IMG/VR virus record: IMGVR_UViG_3300010429_000387
Span: 224,001 to 288,000 of that record
DNA from: a virus
Taxonomy: Duplodnaviria > Caudoviricetes
DNA: 64,000 nt
Direction: 5' to 3' (one strand)
Each line of letters starts with the position of its first letter. Position 1 is the stretch's first letter. The notes below the pieces were generated by a model. That model was not told where the DNA came from. It worked only from the letters and a program-made list of their open reading frames with translations, and did not search any database. A program made the position numbers and the translations under genes. Positions 56,061 through 63,894 of the stretch are shown in pieces.

Positions 56061-58388
56061 ATGCCTAGCCCGATCAAGTGCTCGTTCTGTGGCCGTCCTC
56101 GGAACGAGGTCAAGAACATCATTGCTGCCGACTCTGAGGCTGGCCCCTTCATTTGCAACCGTTGTGTGGAGACGGCAGCCAACGAAATCAAGGCTGGGGC
56201 AAAGAGGGGTGGCTTCGAGCAGAAGAAAGAGGATCCCCTTCGCAAGCCGAGGGAGATCCGGGACTACCTAGACCAGTACGTGATCGGGCAAGACCAGGCC
56301 AAGGTGGACATTGCAATCGCAGTGTACAACCACTTCAAGCGTCGGAAGCTCCGGGACGCCAAGCCTGAGGATGGCATCGATCTGGTCGAGATCGAGAAGA
56401 GCAACATCTTGCTCCTTGGGCCATCGGGTTGCCATCGTAAGGGTCAGCTTGTCTTGATGTATGATGGTACCCTGAAAGCGGTGGAGAACGTCCAAGTTGG
56501 GGACCAACTCATGGGGCCTGACTCCACTCCTCGAAATGTGCTGGAACTTCATAGGGGGGTGGAGGAAATGGTTGAGATTGTGCCCCTCAAGGGTGAGCCC
56601 TGGGTGGTCAACCGGGGGCACATTCTGACGCTGGTTCGTACTTGCTACAACGGTGGTTCTGGGTACCGTCCTGTAAACGAGGTCAAGGATGTACCCCTTC
56701 GTGATTGGCTTGGTTGGTCAAGGACTCAGAAGTCAGTTCACAAGCTGTTTCGTGTACCTGTCGAGTTCAAAGCACAGGAGGAGCTACCACTGGACCCATA
56801 CTTTCTGGGCGTCTTGCTTGGTGATGGGTCACTCGGTGTGACTCCCCGAGTCACCACCGAAGACCCAGAAATCCTTGAGGAAACTCGTAGGCAGGCGGCC
56901 AACTTCGGTTTGGTCGTCTCTATCTACGACTACAATGAGGAGAAGTGCCCCTCCTATGCCCTGTGTAAGGTAGAGGGTCCAGGTGGTCTCCAAGACGAGG
57001 CTTCTCGCAATCCTATTGCACAGAGGTTGGCGGGTCTGGATCTTCTGGAAGTGACGGGTGAGTCCAAGTTCATCCCTCACTGCTACAAGGTATCCTCCAG
57101 AGCAGATCGACTGGCAATCCTTGCGGGGCTCCTGGACACTGATGGATCCCTTGATGAGGACGGGTGTGGTTTCGACTTCATCAACAAGTCCAAAGAGCTT
57201 GTTGATGACCTGGCCTTCATCGCTAGAAGCCTTGGTTTTGCTTGCTATCCTCAGCCATGTGTGAAGGGGTGCCAGACTGGGGTGGAGGGCATCTACTACC
57301 GGATGTTCATTTCTGGTGACGTGGCTGAGATTCCAACCAAGGTTGAGAGGAAGAAGGCCCTTGCTCGGAAAGCCATCAAGAATGTGCTTCGGACAGGGTT
57401 CAAAACCCGTGACCTACCCCCGGAGGAATACTTCGGGTTTGTCCTCGATGGGGACCACCGTTACCTGCTTGACGACTTCACTGTGACCCATAATACGGGC
57501 AAGACTCACATTGCCAGGACCATCGCTCGGATGCTTCAGGTCCCCTTCCATGTTGGTGACGCCACCCGGCTGACCCAGGCTGGCTACGTCGGGGATGACG
57601 TGGAGACCCTTCTTCAGGGGCTCGTCCTGGATGCTGGGGGCGACATCGAGCGGGCACAGTGGGGGATCATCTTCCTCGATGAGGTGGACAAGATCGCCCG
57701 AGGTTCTGGCCGGGACAGGGCTGGGTACCGAGACGTGTCGGGAGAGGGGGTCCAGCAGTCCCTCCTCAAGCTCCTCGAAGGTTCGAGGGTCAACGTCCCC
57801 CGTGGTGGCGGAAAAGCTGGGATGATGATGGCATATGACACCATCGACACTACCAACATCCTGTTCATCTGTGCTGGTTCCTTTGCTGGGATCGAACCCA
57901 TCGTGGCCCAGAGGGTGAACAAGGGGTCGGCTCGTCTCGGGTTTGGGGCCAACACAGAGAAGAAGAAGCTCGACCTGTCGGCCTCCTACCTGGCTGCCAA
58001 CGAAGACGACATCATGGAGTTCGGCATCATTCCCGAGATGATGGGCCGTCTCCCGGTCATCACCACGACCATCGAGCTTTCCGAGGATGAGATGATTCGG
58101 GTTCTCACCGAGCCCCGGAACAGCATCATCAAGCAGGTGAAGAGCCTGTTCCAGATGGACGGTGTCTGCCTGGACTTCACGGAGGATGCTCTGAGGGCCA
58201 TCGCTCGGGAAGCCAAGAAGCGCCCAACTGGGGCACGGGCACTTCGGAGCATCGTCGAGAAGACCCTGAAGACCTTTGCCTATGACACCCCCAGCAACGA
58301 GACTATCGAGCGGATCCTTGTGACTGAGGACACCGTGAATGGTGGGCAGGGGGTTATCACTCTTCGGGAGCAGCGAGCAGAGGCGTGA
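56061..58388 (+). CDS. clpX: ClpX AAA+ unfoldase with intein
   Basis: CSFCG..CNRC zinc domain, VIGQ, GPSG/TGKT, GYVG, DEVDK, RDVSGEGVQQ, LGF loop and GARALR; 420 aa after splicing. Confidence 0.93.
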   Translation: MPSPIKCSFCGRPRNEVKNIIAADSEAGPFICNRCVETAANEIKAGAKRGGFEQKKEDPLRKPREIRDYLDQYVIGQDQAKVDIAIAVYNHFKRRKLRDAKPEDGIDLVEIEKSNILLLGPSGCHRKGQLVLMYDGTLKAVENVQVGDQLMGPDSTPRNVLELHRGVEEMVEIVPLKGEPWVVNRGHILTLVRTCYNGGSGYRPVNEVKDVPLRDWLGWSRTQKSVHKLFRVPVEFKAQEELPLDPYFLGVLLGDGSLGVTPRVTTEDPEILEETRRQAANFGLVVSIYDYNEEKCPSYALCKVEGPGGLQDEASRNPIAQRLAGLDLLEVTGESKFIPHCYKVSSRADRLAILAGLLDTDGSLDEDGCGFDFINKSKELVDDLAFIARSLGFACYPQPCVKGCQTGVEGIYYRMFISGDVAEIPTKVERKKALARKAIKNVLRTGFKTRDLPPEEYFGFVLDGDHRYLLDDFTVTHNTGKTHIARTIARMLQVPFHVGDATRLTQAGYVGDDVETLLQGLVLDAGGDIERAQWGIIFLDEVDKIARGSGRDRAGYRDVSGEGVQQSLLKLLEGSRVNVPRGGGKAGMMMAYDTIDTTNILFICAGSFAGIEPIVAQRVNKGSARLGFGANTEKKKLDLSASYLAANEDDIMEFGIIPEMMGRLPVITTTIELSEDEMIRVLTEPRNSIIKQVKSLFQMDGVCLDFTEDALRAIAREAKKRPTGARALRSIVEKTLKTFAYDTPSNETIERILVTEDTVNGGQGVITLREQRAEA
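56430..57494 (+). mobile_element. intein with LAGLIDADG homing endonuclease (355 aa) in ClpX Walker A
   Basis: Starts CHRKGQ; block B NRGHIL; LLGDG and LAGLLDTDG motifs; ends VTHN followed by Thr. Confidence 0.92.
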
Positions 58389-58439
58389 TTGACGGTTGAA
58401 ACTTTCTGAGCTGGGTCGTTGTAGAAGTACCTCTGGATC

Positions 58440-58448
58440 TTTTGATAG
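58440..58448 (+). promoter_or_regulatory. T-rich putative late-promoter element (TTTTGATAG)
   Basis: Intergenic, heads the 58475-59721 island. Confidence 0.3.
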
Positions 58449-58474
58449 AGACCTAGTGGTAGGAGACCCAGCTC

Positions 58475-59152
58475 ATGAGCCTTTCGATCATCGCCAACGT
58501 AGTGTCCCGCTACGCTGCCTCGACCCGCACTGCTGGGTTGAAGGAAGTGACCTTCAAGGAGTTCCAGCAGGCGCTCGCCAACGCTGGTTGGCCTTCCCCT
58601 GAATATGCCCACACGAAGCGGACCATGGATGCCTACTACAAGGACCGTGGGACCGAGGTGGCGCACAAGACCCAGATCCTCACCCGTGGCAAGGTGACCC
58701 AAGAGCACTTCTATGCCAACCCAGATTACCTTGGTGAGGGGAATTCCAAGGAAGCAGCCACGAACATCGTGGTCCTGGATGACGATGACCTTGAGGGCCT
58801 TGATGAGAAGGCCAAGAAGGCTTGGAAGGGCTACACCTACAAGATGACCTATGAGGTTGTCTCCCCGGAGTCGGCCGAAGAGGGTGACGCTGAGGATCGT
58901 GGGTGGGAAGAGGAGGGCTCGGAGCCCTACGACACCCTGGAAGAGGTCCTCAAGGCGGTGGATGACAAGTCCTGGCTTGAGTGGTCCTCCAGCAGCCCGG
59001 ACGGGAAGCGTGACTGGATCATCTCCCAGGCTGAGGAAGACTACAGCTCGGGGAACAACACCACCTATCACCTCTGGATCGAGCGCAAGGACGGCAAGCC
59101 TCTCGGAAAGGAAGAACTGGCCTACATCAAGAAGTCCCTTCGGCTTCACTGA
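58475..59152 (+). CDS. acidic phage protein with N-terminal IANVVSRY tag
   Basis: AGGAG SD; TYEVVSPESAEEGDAEDRGW segment. Confidence 0.75.
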   Translation: MSLSIIANVVSRYAASTRTAGLKEVTFKEFQQALANAGWPSPEYAHTKRTMDAYYKDRGTEVAHKTQILTRGKVTQEHFYANPDYLGEGNSKEAATNIVVLDDDDLEGLDEKAKKAWKGYTYKMTYEVVSPESAEEGDAEDRGWEEEGSEPYDTLEEVLKAVDDKSWLEWSSSSPDGKRDWIISQAEEDYSSGNNTTYHLWIERKDGKPLGKEELAYIKKSLRLH

Positions 59153-59166
59153 GTAGGAGCAGTTCC

Positions 59167-59646
59167 ATGCCGACTCCGGTTGACAAATACTACGAGGAAG
59201 TAAAGGACAAGAACCCTTCCTACAGTGAGGAACAGGCTTGGGCAACGGCTTGGAGCATCTACTGCAAGCACGTCAATCCAGGCTCGAAGTCTTGCAAGAA
59301 ACCACCCTCGGAGTACCTGAAGGGGAAGTCTGCCTCAGACCCACTCCAGGACTTCCAGGATGTGCTGATGGCAAGGAGAGTTGCCTCCAGATTCAAGGAA
59401 TCCTTCAAGTACGAGCAGAAGGAAACCAAGGAACACAAGGTCGAGAGAATCTCCAAGAAGATTCGAGATGCTACGGGTCTCTCGAAGGGGGTCTCAGAGG
59501 CCATTGCTGACGCCTTCGTCCGAGGGCGTGAGGTGGCTCGCCTTGCCATTCAGAAGGGCTGGCCCTTGGATGGGGACATCATCGAGGGTCCAACTGGGAC
59601 CCTCTCCTTGGAGGCGATCAAGACAGCTTCTCGTGAGGGAGAGTAG
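59167..59646 (+). CDS. ChaB-like domain protein with internal ARRVASRF tag
   Basis: EEQAWATAWSIYCK resembles ChaB; AGGAG SD. Confidence 0.6.
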   Translation: MPTPVDKYYEEVKDKNPSYSEEQAWATAWSIYCKHVNPGSKSCKKPPSEYLKGKSASDPLQDFQDVLMARRVASRFKESFKYEQKETKEHKVERISKKIRDATGLSKGVSEAIADAFVRGREVARLAIQKGWPLDGDIIEGPTGTLSLEAIKTASREGE

Positions 59647-59721
59647 ATGGCCCTCCCCTCACTGACCTATGCCGATTGGCGCTTCAATGTCAACCAGGAC
59701 TTGAACAGCCCAGCCAAGTAA
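59647..59721 (+). CDS. possible 24-aa peptide or truncated gene remnant
   Basis: MALPSLTYADWRFNVNQDLNSPAK; ATG directly after the TAG of 59167, GGGAGAG upstream. Confidence 0.3.
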   Translation: MALPSLTYADWRFNVNQDLNSPAK

Positions 59722-59727
59722 GAAGCG

Positions 59728-60405
59728 TCAGTCGGAGTCAGTGTCGATACTGATGCCGCTCGCTTCTTCATACCTTTCGGACTTGTCTGAGGGGATGTAG
59801 CTTTTTCTGTGGATAGGTGTGAGCCCAAGACGTTTGATTGCAGCATGGTGATCCGGGGTACCATACCCAGATGACTTGTGCAGCCCATAACCAGGGTACT
59901 TCTCGGCCAGGGTCCACATGTAGCGGTCGTGGAGGACCTTGCCGATGACGCTAGCAGCCATGACGGCTGGAACGATCCCATCGGCCTTGGGGAAGTGGAG
60001 GTGCTTGACCCCTGGGAGCTTGACCTCCCCGTCGAGGACCACCAGGGCCTCTGGCTTGACCTCCAAGACCTTTTCGATGCAAGTACGGAAGCACCTGTGG
60101 AGGGCAGCGATGACCCCGTCCCGGTCAATCTCGTCCGAGTGAGCCATCTCGACGGCATACGTCACCTTGGACCGAAGCATCTCGAACAGGTACTCACGCT
60201 TGTCAGGGCGGAGCTTCTTCGAGTCGTTCAGGTCCTTCGGGGGTCTCCAGTCCCTCGGGACAGCGACGGCACAGGTGACCAAGGGACCTGCCCAGGATCC
60301 GTAGCCACACTCATCGGCCCCGAGGATGAAGGGAGCCGTGAGGCGGAGCTTTTCGTACTCCGCCTTGTCATCCCGCTTGGGGGGCTCAGATTCTCTTGTT
60401 TCCAT
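59728..60405 (-). CDS. rnhB: ribonuclease HII
   Basis: GADECGYGSWAGP, DSKKL, LDG, KAD, AASV, GYGT and HRKSY motifs; start at METRES inferred. Confidence 0.9.
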   Translation of the reverse strand: METRESEPPKRDDKAEYEKLRLTAPFILGADECGYGSWAGPLVTCAVAVPRDWRPPKDLNDSKKLRPDKREYLFEMLRSKVTYAVEMAHSDEIDRDGVIAALHRCFRTCIEKVLEVKPEALVVLDGEVKLPGVKHLHFPKADGIVPAVMAASVIGKVLHDRYMWTLAEKYPGYGLHKSSGYGTPDHHAAIKRLGLTPIHRKSYIPSDKSERYEEASGISIDTDSD

Positions 60406-60961
60406 GGCGATGCGGTCGGGTCTTGTTGTATTCGGTCTTCTCGTCGATGGCAGCCCAGAGGTCAATCTCGAAACCCTGAGCCAGGTCGAAGGCGTACTTG
60501 ACCGATAGAGCCAGGAAGAACTCCTCTGACAGGGCGGTCTGGGAGTCAGCGTTCCAGGCCATCGAGATGGCCCAGTTCATACGGGCCAGGTACTCCTCGA
60601 TGTCATCGGCATTGGAGATGATGGGGAGCTTGACTACAGACCTCTCCAGGTCGTACTTCTGCTCTTCGGCGTAGTCAGCCACCCGGATCACGAAGTCAGC
60701 CAGCTCGATGGGGATTCCACATGGCTTGTCGCCCTTCTCACCCTTGGTTGTGTACTTGATGCCCCCTTCTGAGTAGGACTTCTCGTACCAAATCTCGGTT
60801 GGTTCGTGGTGCTCCCGGTGCTCCTCGATGACTTCCGAAACCTCGGATTGCATGAGAAGGGTGATGGCAGACCGGGACCGTGGCTTCTCCCACCAGCCCT
60901 TCTCGTGAGCGATCTTGTTGGCTATCTGGGCGAGTTGATTGAGGGACCGGGGAACTTGCAT
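60386..60961 (-). CDS. MazG-like nucleotide pyrophosphohydrolase
   Basis: SEVSEVIEE, ELADFVIR and EKTEYNKTRPHRHG motifs. Confidence 0.8.
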   Translation of the reverse strand: MQVPRSLNQLAQIANKIAHEKGWWEKPRSRSAITLLMQSEVSEVIEEHREHHEPTEIWYEKSYSEGGIKYTTKGEKGDKPCGIPIELADFVIRVADYAEEQKYDLERSVVKLPIISNADDIEEYLARMNWAISMAWNADSQTALSEEFFLALSVKYAFDLAQGFEIDLWAAIDEKTEYNKTRPHRHGNKRI

Positions 60962-60970
60962 GGAGGGAGA

Positions 60971-61399
60971 CTACACCGACTCGGTCTTCCGGAAGCGACC
61001 CCACCGGGCAATGACCTGAGTGGTGAGGTCTCGAAGGGTGAGCCGGTCCTCTTCGACCGAGCACCGCTTGTCGAAGGCTAGGTAGCCACGGTCACGGAGG
61101 GTCTTGTCGGCCAGGCCAAGGACGAGGGCCAGGGTGGCGAGAGCGTAACCCTCGTTGCACTTGTCACCCATCTCGAAGATGTTGAAGGCCACCTCGATCA
61201 GCTCCTTGCGGGTCATCTTGAAGTAGGGGCCGACCGGGATGCGCTCGGAGCCGACCTGAACCTCGTTTACATGTAGGCTGATCTCGGCCCGGACGATGCC
61301 CGCTCCAACGCAGCGGAAGCAGATTCCGCCTTGAACGTGGCTGTAGTGAGGGAGGAGACCCTTTCCGGAGCAGCGGGGGCAAACGATGTAGGCCATCAT
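60971..61399 (-). CDS. CxxCxGxG zinc-finger protein
   Basis: CPRCSGKG...CFRCVGAG; start trimmed to MMAYIV to avoid overlap with the DUF1848 gene. Confidence 0.7.
   Translation of the reverse strand: MMAYIVCPRCSGKGLLPHYSHVQGGICFRCVGAGIVRAEISLHVNEVQVGSERIPVGPYFKMTRKELIEVAFNIFEMGDKCNEGYALATLALVLGLADKTLRDRGYLAFDKRCSVEEDRLTLRDLTTQVIARWGRFRKTESV
60972..60978 (-). promoter_or_regulatory. CGGTGTA promoter motif (minus strand)
   Basis: TACACCG on +; 10 nt upstream of the minus-strand ATG at 60961. Confidence 0.65.
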
Positions 61400-61447
61400 G
61401 ATGGTACAACGTCTCAGCCACGATTTTTTCAACTTGAAACCGACCGA

Positions 61448-61454
61448 CGGTGTA
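61448..61454 (+). promoter_or_regulatory. CGGTGTA promoter motif
   Basis: 9 nt upstream of in-frame GTG 61464. Confidence 0.55.
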
Positions 61455-61463
61455 AAGATGATC

Positions 61464-62312
61464 GTGCGACCCCCTAGAGCGATCCGAAGTGGCAAGGAAG
61501 CAGGATTTCCGTATTCGCTTTCCCGCTGGACAGATGTGCCGGTAGCCAAGTGGGCCTGGTTCAAAGAGGCCCTGAAAGAGGGTCGGATGATCGGGTTCGA
61601 TCCCTCCACCGGGGTCCCAGCCCACTGGTCGCTTCGGCCGGATGATACCCTCGGGCTGGTATTCTGGACGAAGGACCCGACCAACCTCATCTTCGAGAAC
61701 CCCCAAGATCGTGGCTACAAGGTCAAGGTCCACATCACGGTGACCGGCTGGGAAGAAGTAGAGAAGGGGGCGCCCAGTCTTCGGGCGGGAGCCAACACCC
61801 TCGGGATGGCGGCCTCGGTCTTCAAGCCGGAGAACGTCTTCTGGAGGTTCTCTCCGGTTCCGATGGTCACGGACGTGGTAGAGAGGTTCGACACCATCCT
61901 GGCGATGGCGGCCTACCACGGTCTTCAGCGGGTCTACCTCTCGTTCCTTCAAGACAACGACCTGATGCCCGAGACCAGGACCGACCAGGAGCGGATCAAC
62001 GTGCTGGTCCAGATTGCCGAACGGGCGGAGCGTCGTGGGGTTCGAGTCCTTCTTTGCAACGAAGACCGGTTCCTCTTGGGTCACCCTGAGCTGCACCCGA
62101 ACCTCGGGTCCGGGGTCTGTGCTCCTCCCGAGGACTTTTCGATGCAGGGACTTCAGAAGCCCCCCTCAGAGGGTTGTGGGTGCGTACTCATGGTGGACCC
62201 CTTCACGATCAACGAAACGTGTACGATGGGGTGCTCCTACTGCTACGCTGCCGACAAGAGCCTGAGTCCGAAGCGTAGGAATACAACCCAAAGCCTCCCC
62301 GTGGTTTCATGA
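61464..62312 (+). CDS. DUF1848-family protein (radical-SAM-like fold, C-terminal Cys cluster)
   Basis: SRWTDVP, VFWTKDP, WRFSP and CGC...TCTMGCSYCYA motifs; start is 61458 or 61464. Confidence 0.8.
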   Translation: MRPPRAIRSGKEAGFPYSLSRWTDVPVAKWAWFKEALKEGRMIGFDPSTGVPAHWSLRPDDTLGLVFWTKDPTNLIFENPQDRGYKVKVHITVTGWEEVEKGAPSLRAGANTLGMAASVFKPENVFWRFSPVPMVTDVVERFDTILAMAAYHGLQRVYLSFLQDNDLMPETRTDQERINVLVQIAERAERRGVRVLLCNEDRFLLGHPELHPNLGSGVCAPPEDFSMQGLQKPPSEGCGCVLMVDPFTINETCTMGCSYCYAADKSLSPKRRNTTQSLPVVS

Positions 62313-62581
62313 ACTTCAAGCCTGCCCCATTCCTGACCCCAGAAGACCTGGGGATTGACCTCGAAGAAGACTCAGAGGGTGTTACCGCTGAGGAGGTCCA
62401 GGGTGCCATCGAGACCTATTCTCTTGAGGACTTCGTTGCCAAGGCCAAGGAGGCGGTCCTAGGGTCTCCTGGATTCGAGCCGGTGTTCAGCCTGAAAAGA
62501 AAGGGTGGGATCCTCTATGGACGCCTCACCCTCGGAGAGTCCCCCACCTACTTCAAAGCCGAGTGGCTGAGGAAACCATGA
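62309..62581 (+). CDS. hypothetical protein
   Basis: ATGA overlaps at both ends. Confidence 0.6.
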   Translation: MNFKPAPFLTPEDLGIDLEEDSEGVTAEEVQGAIETYSLEDFVAKAKEAVLGSPGFEPVFSLKRKGGILYGRLTLGESPTYFKAEWLRKP

Positions 62582-62916
62582 GCGACCCGAATGATCCCTG
62601 TGATGAGCAGCCCCATGGCATCGGCTTCGAGCCCACCCTCTGTGATGGGGACACCTCGAACAACGAATGGTTCGGGGAAGGCGTGTGCCTTCTCGACACC
62701 ATGACCAAGGACCAGGTCATCTACACGATCCAGAGGAACCCCAAGGCCAGGACGGACCTGGCTAGGGTCACGACCTGCGAAGAACTACACGAACTTCTTC
62801 GGGATGTTCCGTTGCTGCCCACCGTCCAGGAAGACGATGAGCAGCAACGGAGGCTGAATCAAGGTGACTGCCTCCCGTTCTACAACCTGTTTCGTGGGAA
62901 CTGCGGGGACCGATGA
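62578..62916 (+). CDS. hypothetical acidic/Cys-containing protein
   Basis: ATGA overlaps; GAGG upstream. Confidence 0.6.
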   Translation: MSDPNDPCDEQPHGIGFEPTLCDGDTSNNEWFGEGVCLLDTMTKDQVIYTIQRNPKARTDLARVTTCEELHELLRDVPLLPTVQEDDEQQRRLNQGDCLPFYNLFRGNCGDR

Positions 62917-63305
62917 GCAGTAGCCCGGCACGCAAGCTCCGGAGGGCAGGGGGCGGGGGTCAGGTACCTAACCCAGCCAAGGCCCTTGAGGGGCTGGCTC
63001 AGGTAGGAGACCTGGCCTCGAAGATCGACAGGTTCGTGGAAGCCTCAGAGCGGATGCAGGAGCTTGCCGAGGGGTATGCAGGTCTTGACGAGATCATCGA
63101 GACCTTGAAAACCGCCCAAGCGGCGGTAGAGTCTGTCCAGGAACGCCTTACTTCCATGGAGGCCCAGCAAGAGCTTCACCGGAAGACGGTTCTCCGAATA
63201 CTCTACTACTTCAAGCAGTTCTTCACTGAAGGCTCTCTGATTCCATCCGAGCTGGAAGCCCTTGAAGCCCAACTCACCCCGACCAAGGCAGATGAACCAG
63301 GATGA
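62913..63305 (+). CDS. coiled-coil protein
   Basis: Heptad-like helical stretch; ATGA overlaps. Confidence 0.6.
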   Translation: MSSSPARKLRRAGGGGQVPNPAKALEGLAQVGDLASKIDRFVEASERMQELAEGYAGLDEIIETLKTAQAAVESVQERLTSMEAQQELHRKTVLRILYYFKQFFTEGSLIPSELEALEAQLTPTKADEPG

Positions 63306-63523
63306 AGACCTCAAGAACTCACGAGCCGACCAAGCAGATAGCTCCGATAGGTCCTCTGGCTTGGGACGCCCTCCTGTCGAAGGCCATCAAGCGGGCCGAA
63401 GCCAAGGGGGACCCACGTTTGGAAGGTCTTCGGAAGGCCATCCGAGAGGGGAAGTCGGAGTCAATTCTCCGGAGGTACGGGATCATCTCCGAGCGGGACC
63501 TGGAGCGAGAGTTCCCAGGTTGA
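63302..63523 (+). CDS. hypothetical protein
   Basis: ATGA overlap; 73 aa. Confidence 0.55.
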   Translation: MKTSRTHEPTKQIAPIGPLAWDALLSKAIKRAEAKGDPRLEGLRKAIREGKSESILRRYGIISERDLEREFPG

Positions 63524-63816
63524 GTGACCCCTCAGAGGTACTTCTTCAGGCTTTTCTCGATGGTAACTTTGAGCGAGCCTACTCAGCAGCCCTTGAACTA
63601 CAGGTAGCCTATCGAGAAGCACTGGCCGAAGCCTCGAAAGTGAGATTCAAGCTGAACTTCGGGACGGGTATCTGTCAGAACTGCGAGGGACTCAAGGCAG
63701 GGCCAGGTGTCACTGCCACTTGTTTCCAGATTCAGCGGTGTGACTTCAAGAACATCAAGGAGGGGGACGAAGATCCACATCAGGCCCGTGTCATCGACAA
63801 GTTGACCTCCAAGTAG
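63520..63816 (+). CDS. Cys-cluster hypothetical protein
   Basis: TTG start overlapping the previous TGA inferred; CQNC...C....C. Confidence 0.5.
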   Translation: MSDPSEVLLQAFLDGNFERAYSAALELQVAYREALAEASKVRFKLNFGTGICQNCEGLKAGPGVTATCFQIQRCDFKNIKEGDEDPHQARVIDKLTSK

Positions 63817-63887
63817 AAGTTGACTAAATTCCGATGACACCACATCATACCTCCGACCCTTCTAAATTGAATGACCGGTACCGTACC

Positions 63888-63894
63888 CGGTGTA
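63888..63894 (+). promoter_or_regulatory. CGGTGTA promoter motif
   Basis: Intergenic, upstream of the final partial ORF. Confidence 0.55.

Noticed and set aside
61400-61690. N-terminal extensions of ORFs 60971-61690(-) and 61398-62312(+)
   Set aside because: They would overlap head-to-head; conserved motifs and promoter positions favour starts at about 61399 and 61464.
63820-63848. Sigma70-like TTGACT-N17-CATCAT
   Set aside because: Poor -10 match, and a better-supported motif lies at 63888.
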